From positions 12,639 through 76,638 of the forward strand of contig JAFGFC010000051.1 in the NCBI GenBank assembly GCA_016931325.1: 64,000 bases of DNA, in the 5' to 3' direction. A program made the translations under genes and the position numbers. Shown here in pieces: positions 56,435-64,000 of the stretch (positions are counted from its first letter, which is position 1; every line of letters starts with the position of its first letter). Under the pieces are notes generated by a model, which was not told where the DNA came from, made no database searches, and was given only the letters and a program-made list of their open reading frames with translations. The DNA comes from Spirochaetota bacterium. GTDB taxonomy: Bacteria > Spirochaetota > JAHITG01 > JAFGFC01.

Positions 56435-57745
56435 ATGCTCCAATTAACAAAAAATATCAGTGATGTTCTATGGGGATACCTTTTGGCCCCCTTGCTTCTG
56501 GGAACAGGTTTATTCCTTTTCATCCGACTCCGTCTGTTGAGCATCCGTAAAATAGGACAGGGGTTTAAACTCACTTTTACCAAACGAACCACTTCAGAAG
56601 GCAAAGGCGAGATCTCAAAATTTGAAGCCCTTTGCGCAGGGCTGGCTTCTACTATTGGTATTGGCAATATTGCCGGGGTGGCAACAGCTATCTCCCTGGG
56701 CGGCCCGGGCGCTCTTTTCTGGATGTGGGTCACAGCCTTTTTAGGCATGGCCACACGATATACCAGCGGTTTCTTAGGAGCCCGCTACAGAAGGATCAGC
56801 CGGGACGGCACTGTTTCAGGTGGCCCGATGTATTACCTTACGGACGGATTGAACCTGAAATGGCTGGCTGTCATTTTTTCTCTCTTCACTGTCATAGCCA
56901 CTTTAGGGATTGGGAATATGGTACAGACCAATACAGTCGCCCGAGAGCTGAAAGATGCCTTTGGGATCCCCCATCTTATGTCAGGCCTTGTGATCGGTCT
57001 TCTGGTTGGACTGGTCATTATCGGGGGGATCAAGCGTATCGGGAAAGTGGCTTCTCTGTTAACCCCTGTTATGTCACTGGTTTATATCGGCGGAGCTTTG
57101 ATCGTTCTGGGAATCAATTATCAAAATATCATCCCGTCTTTCAAACTCATTTTTTACCATGCCTTTAATCCGACAGCCGCAGCAGGAGGATTTGCCGGTT
57201 CTGTTGTGCTTTTTACCATGCGGATGGGCGTGGCCAGAGGCCTTTTCTCCAATGAGGCGGGCCTGGGCTCAACACCTATGATCTACGCCGCCTCCAAATC
57301 CGACAAGCCGATGAACACAGGTCTGGTTTCCATGCTGGGACCTTTTATTGATACGATCATCGTCTGTACCATGACAGGCCTGGTTATCATTACCTCGGGA
57401 TTATGGCAAAGCGGTGATACAGGAGCCGTTCTCACCGCCAGATCATTCCAATCCGCTTTTGCCCTGGGAAGATATTTTGTCACATTTGGCATCATCCTTT
57501 TTGCGCTTTCCTCCAGTATCGGCTGGTCTTATTACGGCGATAAAAGTATAGAATTCCTTTTCGGAAGAAAAGGGATCCTTCCCTACCGTATCATTTATAT
57601 TACTGCCTTACCTGTAGGAGCTGTGTTTCAATTAAAGCTGGTCTGGAATTTTGCCGACATTGCTAACGCCCTCATGGCCTTGCCCAATCTTGTCGGTCTT
57701 TTGCTTCTCAGTCATCTGGTGGTAAGTTATACCTTTAAAAAGTAA
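56435..57745 (+). CDS. Alanine/glycine:cation symporter (AGCS family)
   Basis: FEALCAGLASTIGIGNIAGVATAISLGGPGALFWMWVTAFLGM is the AGCS family signature region. Confidence 0.85.
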   Translation: MLQLTKNISDVLWGYLLAPLLLGTGLFLFIRLRLLSIRKIGQGFKLTFTKRTTSEGKGEISKFEALCAGLASTIGIGNIAGVATAISLGGPGALFWMWVTAFLGMATRYTSGFLGARYRRISRDGTVSGGPMYYLTDGLNLKWLAVIFSLFTVIATLGIGNMVQTNTVARELKDAFGIPHLMSGLVIGLLVGLVIIGGIKRIGKVASLLTPVMSLVYIGGALIVLGINYQNIIPSFKLIFYHAFNPTAAAGGFAGSVVLFTMRMGVARGLFSNEAGLGSTPMIYAASKSDKPMNTGLVSMLGPFIDTIIVCTMTGLVIITSGLWQSGDTGAVLTARSFQSAFALGRYFVTFGIILFALSSSIGWSYYGDKSIEFLFGRKGILPYRIIYITALPVGAVFQLKLVWNFADIANALMALPNLVGLLLLSHLVVSYTFKK

Positions 57746-57748
57746 GAG

Positions 57749-58072
57749 TTATTCTTTTACCCTGACCTGATAGGTCAGCTGACAGAGATGATCATTGATG
57801 AAGACCGTCTTCAGGATCAGTCCGGAATTAAGTATCTTTGGATCCTTTCCCAATTCTTCATGCACCTGTTTCTGCGCGTAGATCAGAGCGGCTTCTTTCG
57901 CCATATTACGGCTTTTCACCTTGTTCTCCACCTCGTCAGCAGATCGTCCGTAAGAAATAACCTGATAATATCGGCCATCATCAATATAAAAACCTTTTGT
58001 CTCATAATCTTCCTCACAGGCAGAAAGCGTGAATAAAAAAAGTAAAATGATTATGATATTTGTAATTTTCAT
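57749..58072 (-). CDS. Small hypothetical lipoprotein
   Basis: Lipobox LSAC. No family recognised. Confidence 0.35.
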   Translation of the reverse strand: MKITNIIIILLFLFTLSACEEDYETKGFYIDDGRYYQVISYGRSADEVENKVKSRNMAKEAALIYAQKQVHEELGKDPKILNSGLILKTVFINDHLCQLTYQVRVKE

Positions 58073-58236
58073 GATACAAACATAGCAACTTTGAATTAAA
58101 TTTCAATAACTTTTTTATCGAGATATATCACAACAGAGGACACTGAATCCACAGAATCTTTGAAAAATGAGAATAGTGAAATTCGTCCATTACGATTTTT
58201 TATATTTAAAATAATATCTTTTTAATTTCTTAATAT

Positions 58237-58283
58237 TTCAGAGCCTTCAGTCCCTGCGGGAGACTTGGCTCTGAATTCAGTGG
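58237..58283. repeat. Short copy of repeat family 2 (cagagcc...ctcccgcagggactgaa (reverse strand)...ggctctgaattcagtgg)
   Basis: Shares ctcccg(c/t)agggactgaa and gaattcagtgg blocks with 33676-33837 and 63371-63480. Carries a 7-bp inverted repeat cagagcc/ggctctg. Confidence 0.4.
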
Positions 58284-58334
58284 TAAAAAATAAGAGTATT
58301 AAATATTACCAGATATTCTCCGATAATTACACAG

Positions 58335-59303
58335 ATGAGACGAAAAGCTTTTATACTGGGACTATTGTTCGTGTTTTCTATCCTGCTGTTTAAGAATACC
58401 ATCATTTATCCCTTTTTTCAGGAAATTATACCGGATTATTTCAAACATATCATTTCATCCCCCGGAGATAACAATGCCATCAATAATTTTTCCTTTGATA
58501 TTGAGGATCTGATCTATGTTCCTCCTGTAAAAGACCTGAAAAAAATTTCCGTTGACCACATCATTAACGATCGCTATATCGAGATCACCATCCCGGAAAA
58601 TATACTCCGATTTTATATCCGGGATCCCCGTACACAAGAATTCGTCTTGAAAAATGAATACCCTGTTTCCGTGGGAAAACCAAGAACTCCCAGCCAGATC
58701 GGAGACGGCTTCATCTATTCAAAAGGTCGGATTGTTTTTAAATACAGTTATGGCGTGAACCAGGGAAAGACAGTTGAATACAGCCATCTGCCTGATGGCG
58801 AACGGATCAAGATGCCTTATTCCAGAATGCGCGGGCTGTATATGTTCCTGAATGGCACAGAAAAGTATATTATCCATTCAACTACAGAGGATTGGCTCAT
58901 AGGGCAGGCCGTATCAGGAGGATGTGTCAGGATGCTTATCGATGATATGCTGGAATTGTACACCATGGTAAAACCTGTTATGAAAGTACGGATCATCTAT
59001 CGCCTTTTTTATTTAGAAGATGATCTTTTAACCGTTTATAAGGATATCTATAGCAAAAGCATACATTACCAGAAAGATCTCTTGAATTTTCTGCTGTCTC
59101 AGGATATTAATCCATTAATGTTCGATGCGGACAAGATAAACCGGTTTCTCAGTCAACCGCTTCCGGCTACGATCTCCTTGAACGAACTGTTAGATGATTA
59201 TTTCATCTCAAAGGGACTTTGCTATGACAAAATTACAATTGACCCGATACGATCTCTGAAAAAACCTGTCCTCAGCCTTGATTTCTTCCAAATCCATGAG
59301 TAA
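58335..59303 (+). CDS. L,D-transpeptidase (YkuD domain)
   Basis: Catalytic motif HSTTEDWLIGQAVSGGCVRM (His...Ser-x-Gly-Cys). Confidence 0.7.
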   Translation: MRRKAFILGLLFVFSILLFKNTIIYPFFQEIIPDYFKHIISSPGDNNAINNFSFDIEDLIYVPPVKDLKKISVDHIINDRYIEITIPENILRFYIRDPRTQEFVLKNEYPVSVGKPRTPSQIGDGFIYSKGRIVFKYSYGVNQGKTVEYSHLPDGERIKMPYSRMRGLYMFLNGTEKYIIHSTTEDWLIGQAVSGGCVRMLIDDMLELYTMVKPVMKVRIIYRLFYLEDDLLTVYKDIYSKSIHYQKDLLNFLLSQDINPLMFDADKINRFLSQPLPATISLNELLDDYFISKGLCYDKITIDPIRSLKKPVLSLDFFQIHE

Positions 59304-60000
59304 ATCGTTTCAATTAAAACAGAAAGATTTTTTACTGATAGATGATCCTGTTCTGCACAGCGGATCGTTCAATATGGAATTTGACGAATGGCTGTTTGAC
59401 CTTTCCCGTAAAAAAAAATCACCTCCTGTTTTTCGCCTTTACGGCTGGCGGGAGCCGGCCTTGACCATTGGCAAGTTTCAAACGATCGAAAAAGAGATCG
59501 ATCTGGCAAAATGCCGGAAAGAAAATATCCCAATATTAAAAAGGCCGACAGGAGGCCGGGCTATCCTGCACCAGGTCGATGAAGTAACCCTCTCCTTTAT
59601 CATCCCCCGGTATGTGATCCGTCCCTATGATTTCAGAACGGTTTTTCTTTTTGTAGCGGAGCATCTCTGCCAGGGTTTTGGCCATCTCAATATCAAAGCC
59701 CGCATCAATCAAACCCCGACTCATTATGAAAATTCTCCACATTGCTTCCAATCAGTATCCCGGTATGAAGTGGTGGATGAAAACGGGAATAAACTCGTAG
59801 GTCTGGCTCAGCTATTCAAGCCGGAATCCTCCCTGATCCAGGGCAGCATCCCTCTTGGGGCACCGGATAACCATATGTCTATTTTTAAAAGAAAATCCTC
59901 ATTTCTTAACGAGATAATGAAAAAAGATCTGGATGTTCCATCTGTCCGTAAAGCCGTTATTAAAGGGTTCAAAGACCTTCGTTTTCAACGTTTTTTTTGA
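59278..60000 (+). CDS. Lipoate-protein ligase / octanoyltransferase family protein (BPL_LplA_LipB domain)
   Basis: FRLYGWREPALTIGKFQ...ILKRPTGGRAILH pattern of the LplA/LipM catalytic domain. Confidence 0.55.
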   Translation: MISSKSMSKSFQLKQKDFLLIDDPVLHSGSFNMEFDEWLFDLSRKKKSPPVFRLYGWREPALTIGKFQTIEKEIDLAKCRKENIPILKRPTGGRAILHQVDEVTLSFIIPRYVIRPYDFRTVFLFVAEHLCQGFGHLNIKARINQTPTHYENSPHCFQSVSRYEVVDENGNKLVGLAQLFKPESSLIQGSIPLGAPDNHMSIFKRKSSFLNEIMKKDLDVPSVRKAVIKGFKDLRFQRFF

Positions 60001-60062
60001 AAAACAATCACAAATCCTTCAGAAATTAAATAAGATTCCGAAAATTATTAAAAAGGAAAGAT

Positions 60063-60698
60063 ATGTCAAAACTCAGACGCCCCTATCAGATGTATGTTCT
60101 GAACCTTGATGCCGGACGAATATTCTGGTTAACAATGATCCTGTTGCTTCTTTTGGCCTTCAGCTTTTTCGCCGGGCTTCTGGTCGGGAAAGTAAAAACG
60201 GACATTAACGCCGGTCTTGTCTCTCAAAAAAATAGACAGACAGTGGATGAATTGATCAACCGTCTTGATGATAAAAAGAGCGAGGAATCAGATTATGAAT
60301 TTTATGATCTGATGAAGCCTGATGATAAAAAAAATATTAGTGTCTCTGTACCACCGGAATTTGAAAGAAACAATGAGAGCCAAGGAGAGAATGTATCCCG
60401 ATCAGAATCTAAACCCATGGAACCCTCTATTTCGCTGGGAGACAGTAAAATATCTTCCTCCCGGCCCTTTACCATTCAGGTCGCTTCCTATGAAAAATAT
60501 TCCAATGCCAGGAAATTAAATGACCAGTTGAATGAAGAACAATTCCCGGCTTATATCATCAGATCCAGAGTGAATGGAAAATTATTTTATCGCATCAGGG
60601 TAGGGCCTTTTGCCAGTAAGGCTTTGAGCATTAAAGTGCTGGAACAGCTCCGATACAAAAAAGGGTGCCAAAACAGCTTTATTACACAAAGCAAATAA
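60063..60698 (+). CDS. SPOR-domain (septal peptidoglycan-binding) membrane protein
   Basis: N-terminal transmembrane segment. C-terminal FTIQVASYEKYSNARKLNDQL...YRIRVGPFASKA matches SPOR. Confidence 0.65.
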   Translation: MSKLRRPYQMYVLNLDAGRIFWLTMILLLLLAFSFFAGLLVGKVKTDINAGLVSQKNRQTVDELINRLDDKKSEESDYEFYDLMKPDDKKNISVSVPPEFERNNESQGENVSRSESKPMEPSISLGDSKISSSRPFTIQVASYEKYSNARKLNDQLNEEQFPAYIIRSRVNGKLFYRIRVGPFASKALSIKVLEQLRYKKGCQNSFITQSK

Positions 60699-60706
60699 AA
60701 GAAAAC

Positions 60707-61219
60707 CTACTTTTGGGTCTTTACCATCTTCCAGAGCAATATATCTTTGATCTTATCCCCGGAAGCGCGAATTCTCTCTGCCAGTATCCTGGCCACATTG
60801 TATAACATTTTCACGCCGATCCTGGGTTCTCTATCAATAAATTCCTGTAACGATGCCCGATAAAGTTCAAGCATTTTAACTTTACTGATAGCATACACGG
60901 AAGCGGACCGCGGGGAACCATCCAGCAGGGCCATATCACCAAAAAAATCGCCATCAACAAGATTGGCCAGAACCTGTTCTTTTGATTTGGAAAGGGATTT
61001 GGCCACTTTAACCGCTCCTTCACGGATAACGTACATCCTGTCGCCTGACTGGCCTTCCTTTACGATCATTTCACCGGGATTATATTCACGCTTTCTGAAA
61101 TATCTGGAGATCTTGGCCCTTTCAAAAGGGGTCAGCCCCTTGAAAATATTTATCCTGGTCAGGATTTTGGCGATCTCTTCATCTTCCTTGGTAAACATTA
61201 CATTTGAAAAAAGTCCCAT
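60707..61219 (-). CDS. Cyclic-nucleotide-binding domain protein (CAP effector domain only, no DNA-binding domain)
   Basis: GEMIVKEGQSGDRMYVIREGAVKV...GDFFGDMALLDGSPRSASVYA. Confidence 0.75.
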   Translation of the reverse strand: MGLFSNVMFTKEDEEIAKILTRINIFKGLTPFERAKISRYFRKREYNPGEMIVKEGQSGDRMYVIREGAVKVAKSLSKSKEQVLANLVDGDFFGDMALLDGSPRSASVYAISKVKMLELYRASLQEFIDREPRIGVKMLYNVARILAERIRASGDKIKDILLWKMVKTQK

Positions 61220-61233
61220 ATTCTTATCCTCCC

Positions 61234-62067
61234 TTATATTTTTCTCTTGATGATCTTTCGGGCCAGAGAAGAATTGGGTATATTAATGATCCCTTTCTGA
61301 GTATAAACAAGAGAATCAAACCAGCCTACTTCTTTTAAAACACCTTTTACATTATCATATTCCACTTCTGAGCCTTTAGGATAGAGCTGTCTGAGCTTGA
61401 ACGAAGCGATCACATCAGATGCCATGTACCTTCCGCCTAATCCAAAAGCAATGGCCAGACCTAAAAAGATAAATCTCAGGGCATTTTCAATGACGATGGC
61501 TATCACATCATCCTTCACCTTGAGTTGAGTCAGCCCCAGAAGAAGGGCAAAAACAGCGATAAAACCAAAAAGGAGCATCTGTAAAAATCCGGCGACTCTT
61601 TCTCTTATCCCTGCTCTGACAATAGCCCCCTGAAGGATCCTTGATAGAAAAACAGCAATGGCCATACCGATAATAAAAATAAAAAGGGCCAAAAGAGCAT
61701 GGGGTATATAAAGGATCAATCTATCAACGATCTGAAAGGCGGATTGAGCTGTAAAAATATTGACCGCTACTGTAAATCCAACAAACATGATGATCCAGTA
61801 AAACAGATTTCCAATCGTTGTGGAGGGTATATTATGCAATCCTCCATGTTCAAGGAATTTGGTAAATCCTGTTTTATCTGAGAATTTGTCGAAATGGATG
61901 ATCCTCAGGAAAATCCTGATAATGATCTGGACGATCTTGGCGACGATCCAGGTGGCAATAATAATAGCGATAGCCATTAAAAATTGCAGGATCAGTTCTT
62001 TGTAATTCACTAAATTCTCTAATAAAGGATTCAGTATCCCTTCCTGTAAAAATTCTTTTGTAAACAT
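61234..62067 (-). CDS. MscS-like mechanosensitive channel, C-terminally truncated (lacks the alpha-beta cytoplasmic domain)
   Basis: Transmembrane helices, then SFKLRQLYPKGSEVEYDNVKGVLKEVGWFDSLVYTQKGIINIPNSSL, which matches the MscS TM3b/beta-domain LRTLDG..V.IPNS motif. The protein ends about 100 aa earlier than canonical MscS. Confidence 0.5.
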   Translation of the reverse strand: MFTKEFLQEGILNPLLENLVNYKELILQFLMAIAIIIATWIVAKIVQIIIRIFLRIIHFDKFSDKTGFTKFLEHGGLHNIPSTTIGNLFYWIIMFVGFTVAVNIFTAQSAFQIVDRLILYIPHALLALFIFIIGMAIAVFLSRILQGAIVRAGIRERVAGFLQMLLFGFIAVFALLLGLTQLKVKDDVIAIVIENALRFIFLGLAIAFGLGGRYMASDVIASFKLRQLYPKGSEVEYDNVKGVLKEVGWFDSLVYTQKGIINIPNSSLARKIIKRKI

Positions 62068-62114
62068 AATGTTCCTCCTTCAAAATAGTCTAAGGGTCCA
62101 GGAGTCCTGGAATT

Positions 62115-63314
62115 TTATTGTGTTGTAATTTTAGTTTTTATCTTGTCCAGGATCGCTTTATTGATCCCCGGAACTTTTATCAGATCATCAATTGATTTAT
62201 AATCACCATGCTTGTTCCTGTATTTTATGATCATCTGAGCCTTAAAAGCGCCGATCCCGGGCAGGGAAACCAATTCAGAGGCTGTCGCGGCATTGATATT
62301 CATTTTTGGCTCTTTAACATATTGATTGACAGGGGTTTCCGTTGTTTTCTTTTCATAAACCTGTGCCAGGATCTTGGCTTCCGGTGTCTCGTTTTCCGGT
62401 TGTATCTCTAAAGAATTGCCATCTGTTGTTAAGATAATGGTTCCGTTCAGATCTGTCCTGTAAATCTTTACGCCCTGATCGTTATACCTCTGGAGAACAC
62501 CGGCGGAAGGGTATCCGAATGGATTTTTTTTACCAACCGAGATAAACGCGAATTCAGGCTGTACTTTATTAAGAAATATTGATCCTGAAGAAAAAGCCGC
62601 TCCAAAATTGGGCACTTTGACGATCTTTGATTTGATCTTCGGACCCTGGGCGATCAGACTGATCTCTGCCTCCTCTTCAATATCACCTGTAAAAAGAAAA
62701 TCATATTTGCCATAGGTCAGTTTGACCACAATAGAATTATTATTGGGATCAGAGCGTGTGTTATGGAACAGTTTCCTCGGGCCCATGACAACCGCTTCCA
62801 CATCAGGACCCCAGTCAAGCACTTCGCCGGCGCGGGGATTAAAATATTCATAATGATGCTTGGCGGCCAGAATATCAGAAAGCCTTTTCTCTTCTTCTGT
62901 TCCCTTGGCCGATGCCATTTGATCCTGCTTGGTCATGATGGTCTCTAAAAATCTTTCATAAACATAGGTCGAAAAAGGCATCCCGGGATCATAGATAAAC
63001 CCGACATCATAGTTTTGGACAATATCCACAAGACCGTTAACATTGATGATCTGAGGATTAGAAAGGATGATCGCATCGATCCTTTTTGTTACTCCTAAAC
63101 GGGATAGATACTTTTTAATGATGGGTTCAGACCCCTTTGGCCCGCCGTCAATAAGGATGGAATAACCGGAAGGTGTGACAATGATCTGAGAATTCCCCTG
63201 ACCGACATCCAAAAAGGCGATCTTCAGTTCACCTCTTTTACCGCTGAAAACAGGAGAACCGGAAGAAAAAATAAAAAGAATAAAAACTATTATTAATTTG
63301 ATTTTATGCATCAA
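62115..63314 (-). CDS. Secreted MBL-fold hydrolase (ComEC C-terminal-like lactamase_B domain) fused to a ComEA-type helix-hairpin-helix DNA-binding domain
   Basis: Signal peptide present. IAFLDVGQGNSQIIVTPSGYSILIDGG resembles the ComEC MBL domain. C-terminal ASELVSLPGIGAFKAQMIIKYRNKHGDYKSIDDLIKVPGINKAILDKI matches the ComEA HhH. Confidence 0.6.
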   Translation of the reverse strand: MMHKIKLIIVFILFIFSSGSPVFSGKRGELKIAFLDVGQGNSQIIVTPSGYSILIDGGPKGSEPIIKKYLSRLGVTKRIDAIILSNPQIINVNGLVDIVQNYDVGFIYDPGMPFSTYVYERFLETIMTKQDQMASAKGTEEEKRLSDILAAKHHYEYFNPRAGEVLDWGPDVEAVVMGPRKLFHNTRSDPNNNSIVVKLTYGKYDFLFTGDIEEEAEISLIAQGPKIKSKIVKVPNFGAAFSSGSIFLNKVQPEFAFISVGKKNPFGYPSAGVLQRYNDQGVKIYRTDLNGTIILTTDGNSLEIQPENETPEAKILAQVYEKKTTETPVNQYVKEPKMNINAATASELVSLPGIGAFKAQMIIKYRNKHGDYKSIDDLIKVPGINKAILDKIKTKITTQ

Positions 63315-63370
63315 TAAAAAAATATATTCTTTGCTATTTTAATGTCAAGCATTTTTTGATGCCAGAATTT

Positions 63371-63480
63371 AACCACTGAACTCCGGCGCAGAGGTCACTG
63401 AATGAGGTACCCTTTATTAATCGAATCTATAAGTCTCTGCCTTTCCAGTAACCCCGGTGAATTCAGAGTTTTCAGTGGTT
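63371..63480. repeat. MITE-like repeat, family 2, with perfect 10-bp terminal inverted repeats (aaccactgaa / ttcagtggtt)
   Basis: Read directly. Internal blocks ctccggcgcagagg and gtgaattcagag are shared with the other copies. Confidence 0.5.
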
Positions 63481-63556
63481 TAATCTTAATGCTCTCTTCC
63501 GGTTGTTCCCTAATAAAACTTGACATTAAATTTGTATGATGATACATTTAAATCCT

Positions 63557-63943
63557 ATGAAAAAAAAGATATCGACAAAACAAGCCCCCTCTCCTGTCGG
63601 TCCCTACTCTCAGGCTGTCTGGACCAGCTGCGGTAACCTTATTTTTATTTCAGGTCAGATCGGTATTGATCCCAAAACGAACAAGATGGTAGAAGGTGGC
63701 ATCAAAGAACAGACAAATCAGGTTATGAAAAATATACTGTCCATATTAAACAAACAGGACCTAACCATTGATCATCTTATCCGTTGTGAAGTCTATCTGA
63801 CAAATATGGAAGATTTTAATGACTTTAATGAGGAATACGGCAAATTTTTTCCACAGGATACTTTTCCTGCCAGAAGTGCAGTGGAAGTATCAAAACTCCC
63901 CAAAGGATCTTTAATAGAAATCTCCGCCATTGCGGGAGTCTAA
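63557..63943 (+). CDS. ridA: RidA/YjgF family reactive-intermediate deaminase
   Basis: APSPVGPYSQAV...ISGQIGIDP...PARSAVEVSKLPKGSLIEI matches the RidA family. Start at MKKKIST. Confidence 0.85.
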   Translation: MKKKISTKQAPSPVGPYSQAVWTSCGNLIFISGQIGIDPKTNKMVEGGIKEQTNQVMKNILSILNKQDLTIDHLIRCEVYLTNMEDFNDFNEEYGKFFPQDTFPARSAVEVSKLPKGSLIEISAIAGV

Positions 63944-63961
63944 AATGAAATTTTTCCTGAC

Positions 63962-64000
63962 ATGATCAAAATTATTGTCGTGGATGATGACCAATTAATT
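63962..64000 (+). CDS. Response regulator receiver domain, N-terminal fragment only (truncated by the window end)
   Basis: MIKIIVVDDDQLI is a typical receiver-domain start. Confidence 0.3.
   Translation, partial: MIKIIVVDDDQLI

Noticed and set aside
60707-62067. Shared MFTKE N-termini of the MscS-like and cNMP-binding ORFs as evidence of duplication
   Set aside because: Only 5 codons match. Mentioned in the finding but not treated as evidence.
1-64000. Numerous 60-230-aa ORFs on the opposite strand of long genes (e.g. 1544-1945, 11541-12191, 23192-23665, 26136-26654, 9686-10009)
   Set aside because: These are shadow ORFs inside confidently assigned genes. They show no homology signal and have biased composition.
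1-64000. CRISPR arrays, rRNA or tRNA genes, transposases or integrases
   Set aside because: No regularly spaced direct repeats, no rRNA-like conserved blocks, no complete tRNA cloverleafs, and no transposase or integrase-like ORFs were seen by eye. A computational scan (tRNAscan, CRISPR finder, ISfinder) would be needed to be certain.

Overview
This is a 64-kb window of AT-rich bacterial chromosome, densely coded on both strands. The gene content (many TPR proteins, FadL/PorV-like outer-membrane barrels, TonB and a TonB-dependent receptor) points to a diderm, possibly an uncultivated lineage. I could not assign a phylum from sequence alone.

Recognisable blocks, 5' to 3':
- C-terminal end of an RND efflux pump.
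- An ECF sigma / zinc-finger anti-sigma pair, followed by outer-membrane beta-barrels and a BNR-LysM secreted protein.
- A convergent operon encoding a diguanylate cyclase and a barrel-TPR protein.
- A clan GH-A glycoside hydrolase.
- A small ribbon-helix-helix (RHH) cassette.
- PtsI-like Enzyme I.
- A tandem array of three paralogous secreted proteins, with a fourth copy 12 kb away.
- NikR next to an operon of TonB-dependent receptor, TroA-type metal ABC transporter, methyltransferase and TonB.
- A DtxR-family regulator with feoAB, and an IdeR-like palindromic box in its promoter.
- A partial carotenoid cluster: crtZ, DUF2141, crtI, lycopene-cyclase domain.
- A 1681-aa Ser/Thr-kinase–STAND NTPase–TPR–GAF–GGDEF protein.
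- otsA-otsB fusion and icd.
- mreBCD-mrdA-rodA followed by a B12-type radical SAM/DUF2344 protein.
- purE, yjbQ, an alanine:cation symporter, an L,D-transpeptidase, a lipoate ligase-family protein and a SPOR protein.
- A truncated MscS-like channel next to a cNMP-binding protein.
- An MBL-ComEA fusion.
- ridA and the start of a response regulator.

Unusual non-coding content:
- Two families of structured intergenic repeats.
- A perfect 26-bp-arm palindrome inside the 5' end of the giant kinase ORF.
- A conserved ~70-nt leader shared by two of the secreted paralogs.

No rRNA, tRNA, CRISPR array, transposase or integrase was seen.
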